Of a stretch of 64,000 nt of DNA, positions 1 through 21,450 are shown piece by piece (positions within the stretch are counted from its first letter, which is position 1; each line of letters opens with the position of its first letter). A program made the position numbers and the translations under genes. The DNA is from Macrostomum lignano (lineage: Eukaryota). Location of the stretch: the NCBI GenBank assembly GCA_002269645.1, contig NIVC01002263.1, positions 124,001 to 188,000 of the forward strand, given 5' to 3'. Under the pieces are notes generated by a model that saw only the letters and a program-made list of their open reading frames with translations, had not been told where the DNA came from and did no database searches.

Positions 1-575
1 CTTACTCGTACAGCATGGGGACTAATTGAGCAAGCTGTCACCAGCAGACAGAGCTGCCATGCCGGCCAAGTGATTGCCTGCCCTGCCCAGAGCGTGTTCG
101 CCAAGAAAATACTCATACTGCACTGCAGCAACCGTTGCAGGCCTCCCGGAAGCAAAAAGCATCAGGTTGATTTGTTCTACATCATCCCCTCCCACTTCTC
201 CACTGAGCACTTGGTCTATAGGCATGTAAAACCGGCAAAGGAGCAAACTCGCGCTTTCGAACACTCCTTCGCTTTCCAATTCGCTAGAATTATTTAGCAA
301 CCCAGCCAAGTCAGCCTCACTTAGTTGGCAACTTTCTTCCTGCACTCTGAATGGTTCCAAGAGGGCTATGTTCGCAAGGACCTGTTCCACTGCAAACATT
401 CAGAGCCAGCTTAATCCTAAGCCTGCTTATTACCTTTGCTAAACTCCGTCTTTCGCAGTTAGCGCGCGACTCTATGAGAGGCAGTTGGACACGAAAATAA
501 TTCAGCAATTGGTCGATTGGGAAAAAATTTTTGGGCGACTTACTAACGGGAACTCCAACCTGCATTCTTTTCCAG

Positions 576-758
576 GCCGACGTGCATGAAAGGGACATTG
601 TGGTTTCACCAACAAAAGCAAACGAAGCATTCATACAAGCTGAATGGCCTATTTATGGTTGGCAATACACTGACAGAGCAATGCGATTCATAGAATCCAT
701 TAGCTACAGGAGCTGGGACCTGGATCGGGACAGTTGGCGGCTCATTTTGTCGAAATAA
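576..758 (+). CDS. Possible terminal exon of an unidentified gene that begins upstream or in the first 550 bp
   Basis: Strong acceptor (tgcattcttttccag|g at 576), then a 60-codon open frame ADVHERDIV...WRLILSK*. No family motif recognised. Confidence 0.3.
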   Translation, partial: ADVHERDIVVSPTKANEAFIQAEWPIYGWQYTDRAMRFIESISYRSWDLDRDSWRLILSK

Positions 759-1044
759 AATGGAAGAACATAGATGTGTAATGCATATTCAGCACCCGGC
801 TCTGCCCAGTCTTAGGTTTGAAACCTCTGTCTGCTGTCTGTACTCGTAGCTGAGGCTTCTTACAAGCCCGGCTTCGTAGCAGTGCCGATTGATGTCAGAT
901 TTTTGTGGCTATATTGCACACAGCTCTATGCTGCCTGAGTATTTTAATGGAGCTTAGGTCTCTATAAACTCAAGGGCTTCAGACGAAATGAGGAGCTGAG
1001 TGACTGAGCGTTATAGCTGTTAAATAGTTTATCGAATATTTGTC

Positions 1045-1396
<352 letters not shown>

Positions 1397-2396
1397 AGAT
1401 GGCTTTCTGTTTCAATCTTGTCCATCAATCTGAATTTGATTTGATTTAAAAGAAACCATTTAGCCGCAGAATTTCGCACCGCTAGACTGACGCTTCCTCT
1501 GTTTTTCTAGCCGCAACAGGTGGTTTGCTTTTCCTGATCATCTCTCAGCTCGAATTCGGCCGATTCCGACCTGCGGTTCAAAGCCTCTCTGGCCAACTTA
1601 ATTTTGCTTCTTGTCTGCGTATCTTAGAGCTTGGTGGTAGAATTTCACCGAAATTAATGCTAGGCAAGATTGCTCGTGCGCTCATGGTTTCAGAATTTCA
1701 CAGCCTCGTGTTAGCGCCTTCTTCAATGGATGACAGGCAGGTACTCCTTGGGCATGATTAGTAACATTATCCAGCCACTTGATGCAATCGCAGTAACAAA
1801 CGAAAGAGAATCAAATTGCAACAGAGAGATCTGAGAGCGCAGAAACCCTAAGGCGAGATAATTTGAATTTGACTCCCTGCTCACAACGCTTGTTTTTCGA
1901 CTTAATCCTAATCTTCTCCCCATAGCTACGCGGAACGATTTTTATGCTAAAAAAATCCTCAGCCGGAGATAAGGCGACCAAACTCCGCCTCTCATCTCCG
2001 GTAGGCTTCTGCATGAGCTCTGGGCTTCTCTGGCGGTGTGGGATGAAGGCAAACGAAAGGCCCACCGTCGCGTAAGTCTGTCGCCTAGTGGGCAAAGAAA
2101 CGAAGAAGTGAGGATTAGGAATAGAATCAGCCCCTTAGCTGGAAGAAGAATCTACGCCCCCGATCGCTATTGGCTGATGGTTCAGTCTAGGATTGAACGA
2201 GCGGCAGGGTCTGCTGGATTTTGTTGGAAAGTGAAAATAAATTTGATGGCGATTCTATAGGACCAGGCCAGACAGGCACACAATAGCGCCCAGATAGGAA
2301 GTTACTTGTAACATGCAAACTATCGAGTTCGAAGTCTTGCAAACAACTATCTTGGCAACTCTACTACAGTAAGCTGAAACAAAGGCAGCAATTATC

Positions 2397-4613
2397 ATGG
2401 TACGTCGCAGGACCCTCTACAGACAAGGCCACCCGTGGCAGCGTACAATGCGTCAGCACAACATCCTGTTTTTCCGGCGCATGTTCGCATTGTTCTCGAA
2501 GGCTTCATTGCACGGCGTGAATCGCGTTTGCGTCTCGGACACCTGCTGCCGGCCCAACCAGATGGTCTGGATGTGCATATTGCTGATCGCAACTCTCGGC
2601 CTGTGCGTGCACATTTATAGCGAGGCCTACGAATATCAACAGTACCCCGTGTCAAGCAGCTCGCGAATGGAGCTCAATGGTTTTGTATTCCCTTCCGTGA
2701 CATTCTGCAATCCTGAGAATCCAATCAAGACTCGTGAGGTAAATTTTAGCGAAATCGGTGGAGCGAATGACAAAATTCAGGTGCTCAGTGGAGTCTGGTA
2801 CGACCCGAAGGTGCGACCGCTGTACCGGTATGAGCACTACATGAACTTCTCCAGAATCGGTTCATTTCCACAGGACAGCATCATTTACTGTCGGTACAAC
2901 AGGCGCACATGCTGGGCAGAAAACTTCACCATCACATTTGACAGGGCGTACGGCAACTGCTTCACTTTCCAGCCAAACGAGCGCCACATTCGCCGTCCAG
3001 ACATGGAATTTGGTCTCATTTTAATCCTCTACAACCCGGCCGCCGACATGGAGCTGGAGAAGGCGGGGAGAGTCGGCAAGATGGGCTACAAGATGCGGCC
3101 TCAGGAAATGGCATTTGACACAGAGAGCTTTCTAGTAAACTTCCATGCCAGCGGCACGATTCCGCACCCATTGGAAAACTCCTACGCAGCTTCCATGGGC
3201 ATGGTGACTACGCTGGCCCTGGAGCAGATGAACACGTCGCTAGTAAGCACGCCCAACAGTCCATGCCAGAAGAGGCACCAAGTCCCCATGTATGACTCGC
3301 TGCTTCGCAGGGTTACCAATTACACCGATACCCTCTACGATTGTGCACGATGGCGCGACACTCTTAATATGCATCAGGCCTGCGGCTGTGTACCGGAGGG
3401 CCTTGTGCGACTCACCGACTTTCCAAACAAAAGCGCCATACCTTACTGCCACCTCGTTGTCAGGCCCGACGAAGTTGGTAACAAGACCGAGTTTATTAAT
3501 TTCGTCAAGCCGAAACTGCTAGTCGACCAGCACAACGTCTCGTTGGAGGATATGCAAGCACTTTATCCTAAAGTCTATAATCGGTACCAATCTTTTGTTT
3601 GCTATCACAACACAGACTTGCACCCGGACCTAACCTGTCAGGACATGTGCCAGACTGAGTCCTACTCAGCCATCCTGTCGTCTGGCCGATGGCCGCATCC
3701 GTCTGACACAGACAGCGATGACTACATCAAGCAGGCCATCGAGATCTCCATACTGTTGCAGGACTACTTGAATGATCACGGCAACGAAAGCCTGCTAGCA
3801 AAGAGTCTGACACTGCGCAACCTGAGCCTGGCCTCCTGTCACACGGAGCTGACTCATGTAGATATCGACACTCCCAATCGGCGCTCCACCCCCAAAATTC
3901 AAGCTGCGCTGAAAAATTGCCGCAAAGTGCACGCATTTGTCAGCAAGCACTTTCTTCTAATAAAGGTCTACCCACAGACGCTGACGGTGAAGTTCCTGAC
4001 GGTAGAGCGCAGCTTCATGATGCCGCAGCTGCTCTCCCGCATTGGTGGATCTCTCGGTCTATGGATTGGCACCTCTCTGATTACGTTTTTCGAATGCTTA
4101 GAGATCATTCTTACGCTAGTAAATTACTTAGTGGCCAAGATTCTCCACGTGGCGCTCTACCATCGGGACAAAAACCAGCCCAGATGTGCCGGCAGCTGCC
4201 CGTACGCTGGCCGTCAAGCTCAGCTGCGAAACGGCAGATCAGCAATCGGAGCAGAAGCAGAAACAGAAGCAGCAGATGAAGCCACTGATTCGGCCTCCTT
4301 CGCTAACGCTACGGCATCGGGTTCGTCTGGTACCGCAGGCATCGAGGCTACTGCCGGGTCATATCGCCGAGTTAAGGAAGACGATGGCTCGGCTCAGGAC
4401 TCGGACAGCGACTGCGTGACGGAAGCTTTCCTAGACAATCTCTACGAGAGTCGCACGTCTGATTACTGGATTATGAACAGTTCAAATACTACTCCGCTTC
4501 CCAGTTTTTGTGTGTCGTCTACTTTCGACTTCTGCAGAAAGAAGTGCAGTTTGGTATTCGGTAATCTTACTCTTACTGGTCAAAGGGTGATGCTTGCATA
4601 TTGTAAATTTTAA
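2397..4613 (+). CDS. Degenerin/epithelial sodium channel (DEG/ENaC, ASIC superfamily) subunit, 738 aa, single ORF
   Basis: Pre-TM1 HG motif (KASLHGV), TM1, FPSVTFCN, GNCFTF, Cys-rich extracellular domain, and TM2 LLSRIGGSLGLWIGTSLITFFE with a G-x-S filter. Confidence 0.95.
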   Translation: MVRRRTLYRQGHPWQRTMRQHNILFFRRMFALFSKASLHGVNRVCVSDTCCRPNQMVWMCILLIATLGLCVHIYSEAYEYQQYPVSSSSRMELNGFVFPSVTFCNPENPIKTREVNFSEIGGANDKIQVLSGVWYDPKVRPLYRYEHYMNFSRIGSFPQDSIIYCRYNRRTCWAENFTITFDRAYGNCFTFQPNERHIRRPDMEFGLILILYNPAADMELEKAGRVGKMGYKMRPQEMAFDTESFLVNFHASGTIPHPLENSYAASMGMVTTLALEQMNTSLVSTPNSPCQKRHQVPMYDSLLRRVTNYTDTLYDCARWRDTLNMHQACGCVPEGLVRLTDFPNKSAIPYCHLVVRPDEVGNKTEFINFVKPKLLVDQHNVSLEDMQALYPKVYNRYQSFVCYHNTDLHPDLTCQDMCQTESYSAILSSGRWPHPSDTDSDDYIKQAIEISILLQDYLNDHGNESLLAKSLTLRNLSLASCHTELTHVDIDTPNRRSTPKIQAALKNCRKVHAFVSKHFLLIKVYPQTLTVKFLTVERSFMMPQLLSRIGGSLGLWIGTSLITFFECLEIILTLVNYLVAKILHVALYHRDKNQPRCAGSCPYAGRQAQLRNGRSAIGAEAETEAADEATDSASFANATASGSSGTAGIEATAGSYRRVKEDDGSAQDSDSDCVTEAFLDNLYESRTSDYWIMNSSNTTPLPSFCVSSTFDFCRKKCSLVFGNLTLTGQRVMLAYCKF

Positions 4614-6592
4614 CTAATTTTATCAGATACCAGTATTTCTGTACAGGCAGACATCGCGCCTTTTCGACCCAAACCTTAGCCGCGTATCAGCTGCTTCTGC
4701 TGCCCGACCCCATTGTTCAAAGATAAATTGCCAGGCCTCTATTACGCTTGTGAAATCGAGTAGTGCATGGACACCCCATAACCTGCGCAGTTTCACGAAG
4801 GTTGTGCCTAATGGGGCATCGTAAAATTTATTATTTTTTGCAGAGGAGATAATGTTATTTATTCATTTTACTTGCTTATGGCTATTCCCCGTGCGTTAAA
4901 AGTACCTCAAAGCTTCACCGAGATAGACTACGAGTATGCTTATTGGATTTTGCTTGTCACAATGGAAAATTGACAAAAAAATATTAGCCTATTAACATTG
5001 CATGTAAATCTTTTTTATAATAATTTTCCTACATCTAACCAAACGCTGAAATGGTTGGCACCAGAAATGGACTAAAAGAGTAATTCTTATTAGGAAAAGA
5101 ATTAAACCTGGTGACAGGTGACAGAAGAGAGCTGAGAAGAGACACAAACCTTGAGCGGGCCGGATTGCTATTGTGAATTTCAAAGGACCGAGGGCCGGTT
5201 AGAGAGGCTTTGCGGGCCGCATGTGGCCCACAGGCCGGAGTTGGCCGACCCCAGCCGTAGAGGCACAGAGATGGCCGGACAGATACGCAATATTTTAGTC
5301 TGCTATTTTGTTCCGTCCGTCAAAACTCCGATGCAACTACGAGAATCCCGCGGGGAGCCAGTAAAGACGGCAAGTACCTTCCTACAGCGTTCCGGTGTCA
5401 GCCATCTAGCCCCCCCCCCGTCAAGGCAGAACCGGAGCGCAACTCAATGTGAAGGAAATTCCTCATAATGCCTCAGACCCTCATCCGTCACTAAAACCCG
5501 AGGATCTGCTGCCGAGGGAACATCGCGCGTAGAACTTTCCGAAGGAAATGGGACATCGGGGACTGAAAAATAGCGATAATGTCTTGTTTGCGTGTCAGAA
5601 ATCCCTGCCTCATGTCCGGCATCTCAGCTGAGCGATTTCTCATTGCCTCACGTGTAGAACTCTGCCTGGGACTGTGGGCCAACTCAACCGTGCCCCGTGA
5701 GTAAATCTGACTGTGCTCAGCTGGCTTGCATTGCCGACATTGGAGACAGACACACTGAGGACCTGGAAATTTGATGCGTTCCTTTTTAACCAGAGGCGCT
5801 CAACGGCTGCTTCGACTTAATCAGACTCTTCGGGGGCAGGGGGAGGGGCGCAGGCGGCTGTACACGCTTCGCAGCCTTCTACTCGGCTTCTGTAGCAGCC
5901 CGCCCCGCCGCCTCATCGGGTTTTCAGCTGTCTTTGCTGCGTCTTTTGGAGAGGAAAAGACTTATAAGAAGAAAAGAATCTTGCAAGAGAGGGATGATCA
6001 AGTACACGCTCGTAGAAGGGGAGGCAATTCAGGGAGGCGAGTTGCGCGAAATTGCAGGAGCCGCACTTCTTCTCCAGCCGGCTGGCAGTCCGCAGATTAA
6101 ACGGGAATTAGAGAAATAGAAAAGAAAATATGAAAGACAAATTGGTCGTGCTGCTCGCGGGGGCAGATTTATGAGAACTTCGACTGTACGGTGCAAAACC
6201 TTTCTGAATTCCTGGCTCAAGCCTGTCCAGCTGATAAATCTTGCTTGCTACGCCACTTCACTCGCTTAAGAGGGGGTATTGAAACAGTTTTAGATTGGGA
6301 TTTTATGATTGAGAAAGGGTGGGATCAGTTCAGCAGTGAGTTTGTTTTGTGTTAGCCTGCTCAGCTCAGGTCACCGGTAGGCTGAGCAGGCTGTCCAGAC
6401 CCTAGAGAGGGCGAGACAAATTTAATATTTATCATATTGAGGCGCTGTGGAAGAAAAAATAAAATTTATCAATTAATTGCACCCAGACTGGGCCCAGGAG
6501 GGGACTGCGGCAAACTGTGCGTCCTCTCGTATAGAAGCCAGTGCAGTAAGTCTATAGAGCGCACTTACTACTAATGAGATTCTGGGTACGTA

Positions 6593-6834
6593 CGGGTCCA
6601 TGAGAAATGCCCGCAGACGAATTGCCCGCCGAGATTTGCCCGCGAGTGAATTGGCAAACCTCGGCGGGAAGAAACTCCGCGGGCAATCCACTCGCGGGAA
6701 AATTGCACTGCGGGAAAATCTCGGCGGGAAAAGCTCGGCGGGCAAATCTCCACGGGCAAATTGCACTGCGGGCAAAATGCACTGCGGGCAATTCTCGGCG
6801 GGCAATTCGTCTGCGGGCATTTCTCGTGCTCCCG
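6593..6834. mobile_element. MITE / non-autonomous DNA transposon, about 240 bp
   Basis: About 50-bp terminal inverted repeats (cgggtccatgagaaatgcccgcagacgaattgcccgccgaga... vs ...tctcggcgggcaattcgtctgcgggcatttctcgtgctcccg). Interior is built of gcgggcaa(a/t)t subrepeats. TSD ambiguous (gta/ata). Confidence 0.8.
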
Positions 6835-8980
6835 ATACTCCTGACTATACTCCTGAATGATCAATATATGTCGCTCGTAGAACCATCTACAATAAACCAA
6901 TGAAGAAACCTTGTGCGATGCTTGTGCAAGAAAACTACCAGATGCCTTGTTCGCCTAGGGTTCGACATAAAAGCAAAACTTTAACATATTATGGAGCGCC
7001 TATCGAACTAGAATTAAATTTATGATGCTTTCCAATGCAGGAAACCAAACTCATACGTTCATGTAAGCTACGAGCGTAACTTATTTAAATGTACGACTTC
7101 TCGGTTCCACGAAGTTTTCTTGCACTTTGAAGCTTATCGAAGCTCTGACAGCAGGCAAGCAGACTTCTAATCTGCACATCTGTACATCTGCGTATCAGCG
7201 GCAGTCGCTCGGCAGACGAAGGCAGGACAGAGCAGCAGCGAAATGACTGACGCCAGATGCGGCGTAAACATGTCAGTCAACTTTAGCCGCCATCGCTCAC
7301 TCTTCAGACTCTGTCAAAAGCATTAGACAGACAAGCAAAAATGCTTTTTCCTGATGATGTCAATACACTTTCACTGGTGCTGAATGTAAGCCGAAGAAAT
7401 TTAGAGGACCTGTTAAAAGTGCAAAACATTCTTCCCATCAGTAAAGCGATTTAGTCTGAGAGACAATTCGGCCCTAACAGAAGGACTGGGAAGGCAATCA
7501 GAAGCTTAACAAAACAGGTAGGCCCAGTTTTCATCCTTCATCTATCGCCCCGAAGTAGCAAGCTGCAGTGCAGCACAGCCGGGCAAAATCTTATTAGCTC
7601 CGAGCCTCTTCAAAAACGTGTGCACTTCGAGCGATAAGCTCAAAATAATGACCCACCTCACCTGAAACGGACAAAGAGGCGTACGAGCAATAGGACTCAC
7701 TGCCCGAGCGCCTTAGTAACCAAAAATGCACTTTTAGGCTGGAGTGGCCGATAGCCTGCAGCACTTATCTATCCCAGTTTTATCACAGAAAATAATACTC
7801 AAAAACACGTGACTACGAGCGTCGTAAGCAAATTGTAAGCAACGGCAAAACTCAATTATTGTTGCTGGGGCTGGTCCCGATTAGCAAGACCGACAGTCCT
7901 GGCTTGTACTCGGAGGCAGGCACATCATTGTAACTTCTTCTTTCCGTCTCCTTCCATTCGTCACCTGCCGCTGTGCGTCCGAATATTTTATCGAGTTTTC
8001 GATCTTCCCCTATTTTTTTATTGTCAGGCCTTATTGTCCGAGCTTTTTTTCTGCTATTATCGTGAAGAAAACTTTTGTTGATTTACGAGATGCACTGTCA
8101 AACCCGTGAGGCGATTTCAGGGGCTTTGAGCGACAAGAATTTCGCGCATGTCCTCCCGTGTTTGCTCCCTTCCACTTCCGCTGCAGATGCTCCCTATAGA
8201 GCCGGAGCTCCTCTCCCCTATCTCTCTCACCTTGCAGCTCTTTTTCGTTCTCCATTTCTCGCTTTATTTTGAACTCATTGCGTTTTTTATGGAACTTTAA
8301 GGCGCAGCTGCAGAGCTTCAGACGATGCAGAATTAGCCTCAGGCTCTGGACAAAGTGGAATGGGAGCTAGTGTCACACTAGGCTGTTTGAGAGTGGAAAC
8401 CAGGCTAATTTAGACTTTGGTCTCCCTCTGAAGATCTTAGAGTTTATTACGAACTCTTGCGAGGGCGCCCATCGCCCTAAGATTAAGGGATTGCCGACTA
8501 GGCAGATATAATGCAGTTAGCGGCCACTTCCCCTCGCTTCTTCCTCATTCTATATCGCTTCTCTTCCGTCTCAAAGCAGAAATTTTGTTGTTCCTAGTTT
8601 ACGTCGAGTTGTGCTTTTACTCCGTGTTTACATCGAAACGTCAGAGGGCGAATTTTCTGCAGGGATTCTGCCATGCACTGCGTTACTACTTTGGTGTACT
8701 TTAAAGTAAAGAAAACCTTGGACAGCCATTTTCTGATACAGGCAATCTGTGCATCGATTGAGCGGCGCTAAGCGACTGAAAATTTCTAATCTAAAGAGGA
8801 GTCCCGTCGAAAATCGATGCATAAATCTGCCTCAGGAGTGGCACTTCTTCAGCTGTCATTCTCCTTGACCCAGACAGTAATTCAAGAAGTCTCTTCGACC
8901 CGGGGCTGTAGGGACTTCATAAATATTTTACTGGCAAGCTGGAAAAGTTAGGGGGCTGAGAAAGTCGGGTTCGAATCTAA

Positions 8981-9402
8981 TAGCGAAGGTACTCTGATGA
9001 GCTCGCTTGAGGTGATGTGGTGGTTTGATCTAGCGAAGGTACTCTGATGAGCTCGCTTGAGGTGATGTGGTGGTTTGATCTAGCGAAGGTACTCTGATGA
9101 GCTCGCTTGAGGTGATGTGGTGGTTTGATCTAGTGAAGGTACTCTGATGAGCTCGCTTGAGGTGATGTGGTGGTTTGATCTAGCGAAGGTACTCTGATGA
9201 GCTCGCTTGAGGTGATGTGGTGGTTTAATCTAGCGAAGGTACTCTGATGAGCTCGCTTGAGGTGATGTGGTGGTTGGATCTAGCGAAGGTACTCTGATGA
9301 GCTCGCTTGAGGTGATGTGGTGGTTTAATCTAGCGAAGGTACTCTGATGAGCTCGCTTGAGGTGATGTGGTGGTTGGATCTAGCGAAGGTACTCTGATGA
9401 GC
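8981..9402. repeat. 50-bp tandem minisatellite, about 8.4 copies
   Basis: Unit tagcgaaggtactctgatgagctcgcttgaggtgatgtggtggtttgatc starts at 8981, 9031, 9081 ... 9381, with only 1-2 variant bases per unit and no spacers. Confidence 0.98.
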
Positions 9403-10763
9403 AAATTGAGTCTATTTTATTTACAGAACTCGTTGGTTGAGCAGAGCGTGCTAAATTCTAAAGAAATGCCGTCAAAAGTTGCATACTTTTTAATGTGCTA
9501 TACTCCAACGCTGCCAGCAAAGTCATCGGTAAAATTTTCTTTCGCGATAAAGCAACCATTTTATCGCAAAGCGCAAGCGACTAATTAATAAAAAATTCAC
9601 GTCTCACAAAATAATTGCCTAAGTTTTTTATATGAATACAAACGCTTTTATGCCCACAAAGCCTTAATGAGCTCGCCAACAGATGAAGTACTGGGAGGAG
9701 TCACTGAGCCATGAGGGCCCTCGACCATCTCCTGAGGGAAGCCTGAGGCGTGCCCAGTTTTAATTTATATAATGTCACTCTCGAGTGGCTTGACGCATAA
9801 AAATTAACTTGAAAGTCTGATTTCGATCTCTTTTTATCGATTTCTTGGCTTCGCTAAGTTCAGAGTAAAATGAAAACTAAGATAAAGTTTGATTGGCTTG
9901 AATAGTGCATTATAGTATCGTCTGGTGTTGCCAAGTAGGACAGGGATCTTAAATTCGGAGTCATACAACATTAGGCTGCTAATCCACTCCCACTAGGTTC
10001 TTCGGTGGGCTGCTACTCCACTCCCACTAGGCTATTCAAAGGGCTGCCACCCGCCGTTGAAGTTGCTTCACATTCTACACTAGAAGATGCGCTTACAGCG
10101 TTACTTTTAGTAAGATATTTCTCTAATCGATCACATACCTAGATAGATATCGACAGACCATTTTTAGTATATGGATTTTGCACTTGAATAGCCAAATATT
10201 TTTACCCAGTGTAAGGTCGATAGGACGAGAATAAAATGGCTCTCTAGGTGGAAATACTTTGACTGTGTTTACAAAACGGACTCCAGTCTGCTGCAGTTAT
10301 AAGCGCCAGTCTTTGCTTTGGTTGCTATGGGCAACCCTGAACGCGGGAGGAAGTGCAATTTCCGAGAGGGCCACCTATTCTGCGGCAGGCAGCTGTGTGT
10401 GCTCAGCTAGGGTGGGGAGGCCAGAGCACAGAAATTAATTTCTCCCCTTTGGGAACTGATGAGTGAGCTGTGCAGAATGGCTTTGAGTAAGTACACAATA
10501 GGGCAAGGCGAGTCTCTGCCTGGAATTAGGTCTCGTGAGCCACTGGCTAGGGATCGCTAGTGCCAGGGGCAGCAGCCAGGTGGAGAAAAACTAGTCATTG
10601 GTTGCATTGCAGAGGTGGGGGTCGAAGAAATGAGTTAAAAAACTCCATACGTCGACTTTGATGGCCTCTTAAAATCTCGGCGCCGTCGTTGAACTCCCAG
10701 TAATTACTACATAGAACGCGGCACTGGGATTTTCCCAACCTAGTCCTGAAGACAGGCACAGTT

Positions 10764-15482
<4,719 letters not shown>

Positions 15483-15586
15483 GGAGCTCCGACTGTGATA
15501 GATGATAAGAGGTCAAACTTGAGATCTCAACTTGAATTGTAGTTGTGGCATCACAGATGTGGGTTCTCGGGCTGCAGGGATCTCAG

Positions 15587-16380
15587 ATTGGGGTATCAGG
15601 ATTGGGATATTAGGATTAGGGTATCAGCATTGGCGTATCAGCATTGGGGTATCAGGATTGGGGTATCAGCATTGGGGTATCAGCATTGGGATATCAGCAT
15701 TGGGGTATCAGCATTGGGGTATCAGCATTGGGAGATCAGCATTGGGATATCCGGATTGGGATATCAGCATTGGGGCATCAGCATTGGGAGATCAGGTTTG
15801 ATATTTCCGGATTGGGATATCAACATTGGGGGTATCAGCATTGGGGTATCAGCATTGGGGTATCAGCATTGGGATATCAGCATTGGGGTATCAGCATTGG
15901 GGTATCAGCATTGGGGTATCAGCATTGGGATATCAGCATTGGGGTATCAGCATTGGGGTATCAGCATTGGGAGATCAGCATTGGGATATCCGGATTGGGA
16001 TATCAGCATTGGGGTATCAGGATTGGGAGATCAGGATTGGGATATCCGGATTGGGATTTTAGGATTGGGGTATCAGCATTGGGGTATCAGCATTGGGGTA
16101 TCAGCATTGGGATATTAGGATTGGGGTATCAGCATTGGGGTATCAGCATTGGGGTATCAGCATTGGGGTATCAGCATTGGGGTATCAGGATTGGGATATT
16201 AGGATTGGGGTATCAGCATTGGGGTATCAGCATTGGGGTATCAGCATTGGGGTATCAGCATTGGGGTATCAGGATTGGGGTATCAGGATTGGGATCTTAG
16301 GATTGGGATATCAGGATTGTGGTATCAGGATTGGGGTATCAGGATTGGGATATCAGGATTTGGATATCAGGATTGGGATC
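15587..16380. repeat. 14-bp minisatellite (attggggtatcagc)
   Basis: More than 50 units, with variants attgggatatcagc, attgggagatcagc and attgggatattagg. Confidence 0.97.
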
Positions 16381-16875
16381 TAATGGGATTTAACATTACA
16401 TTAACAACCTGAGATGAAAAATAGCCTTTGATCACTAATTACGTGGGAGTTTCTCCCTGAAAAGCAACATTGGTATCCCAACATGCGATCCTCACTCAAA
16501 GCTACACCCAAGAAGCTTTAATCTTGAGTACACTGAAGTTTTGCAACAGTTTTAATTTATTATTTTTACATACTGCACGCAATGCAACTGATAATTAAAA
16601 AGTTTAGAAGCTATTATAATATCGTAATGTAGTTCGTACTTTCTGCCTAGACACATCAAGTTGCAGCATTCGCAGAACCAATGCCAGAATAACAATTCGT
16701 ATTTGGTAAACTTAGCACCGTAAAATTAGGTTGAAATTTTATCGAGAAAATAATAATGCTTCTTCGTAACATTCGACTAAATATACATACACTCGCAGCA
16801 AGTTTAAGCAAACATTCCAATTAAGACGTCACAACACTTACGACAGTTTTAGTAAAGTTAAGGACTTAAATTTAC

Positions 16876-17200
16876 TTAGCTGGGAGGCGTTGTCGTCCAT
16901 TCCGCTAACCCCTGGCGGCCACGGGCAGCTGGTGCTGTGGTGTCGTGCAGGGAGATCCGGTGGTGCCGGTGTCCGCAGCGCGGTCCCCCTCTGAAGACTC
17001 CAGAAAGTGGATGGTCGCTCGCCCGGTAGCCCTCAGGTAGCGGACGAGCTGGCGGAGATTCACGGGCCCGAAAACGTCCGATAGGTCCTGTCCTGAGTAA
17101 AGGCGCGGCATTCACAGATGAAGTTCTCCGCATTCTCAACACCGGAGAGGCAGAATCTCCCTGGAGGTGACGATGCCTGGCAAGCAGGGCTCGGGACAGT
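16876..17200 (-). mobile_element. 5'-truncated, degenerate 3' end of a non-LTR retrotransposon (I/LOA/R1-type ORF2 C-terminus)
   Basis: Minus-strand frames give RFCLSGVENAENFICECRAFTQDR (CxxC..E..EHF.CEC-type zinc knuckle) and, after a frameshift, DVFGPVNLRQLVRYLRATGR, typical of ORF2 ends. Confidence 0.6.
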
Positions 17201-17642
17201 TCAGTTAATTAGCAAAATAATTTTGATTAAAGAATCAAGGACAAAAAATCTGGAAACATTTCACCGCATTTCCAAATTAAGAATTTGCTAGTACCTTGAT
17301 TGACAGGTAACTTCGACTAGTATTTGCTGGTTGAACATTATTAAACCAAGCGAAACCTTTTCTTGAAACTACAGTACACTTTTGAAATGTACGCCCCTGC
17401 CCCAGCAGGAATGTACATTGTGCAGTGCAAGGCTGTGCACAGAGCCCGCCAGTTGAATCCAGATCCGACAGCGTACAGCCGTTGCTTGAAAAACGCGTGA
17501 ACGGGTTGTGCAGGGAGGGCGAGAAACAGACAGCTCTGTCAGTAAAGGGAAATGTAAGCAAAATTCCATCAATCTATAAATATTGAAAAGTTTGAGTTTC
17601 TCCAGAAAACAAGCCAAAGCAAGCGGAAGCGACCTGATATTA

Positions 17643-21450
<3,808 letters not shown>

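Noticed and set aside
22-399. Minus-strand 125-aa ORF as a gene
   Set aside because: No recognisable domain, a stop lies immediately upstream, and plus-strand frames look equally protein-like, so strand cannot be decided.
5150-5270. hAT/Charlie-like element end (gcgggccgcatgtggccc...gttggccgaccccag)
   Set aside because: Only one terminus; no matching TIR or TSD located.
6354-6405. Helitron 3' end (12-bp hairpin agcctgctcagc/gctgagcaggct followed by CTAG)
   Set aside because: CTAG is followed by A, not T, the loop is long, and no 5' TC end or Rep/helicase remnant was found.
8981-9402. CRISPR array or hammerhead ribozyme array
   Set aside because: Units are contiguous with no spacers. CTGATGA is present, but the GAAA core, stem III and cleavage triplet are missing.
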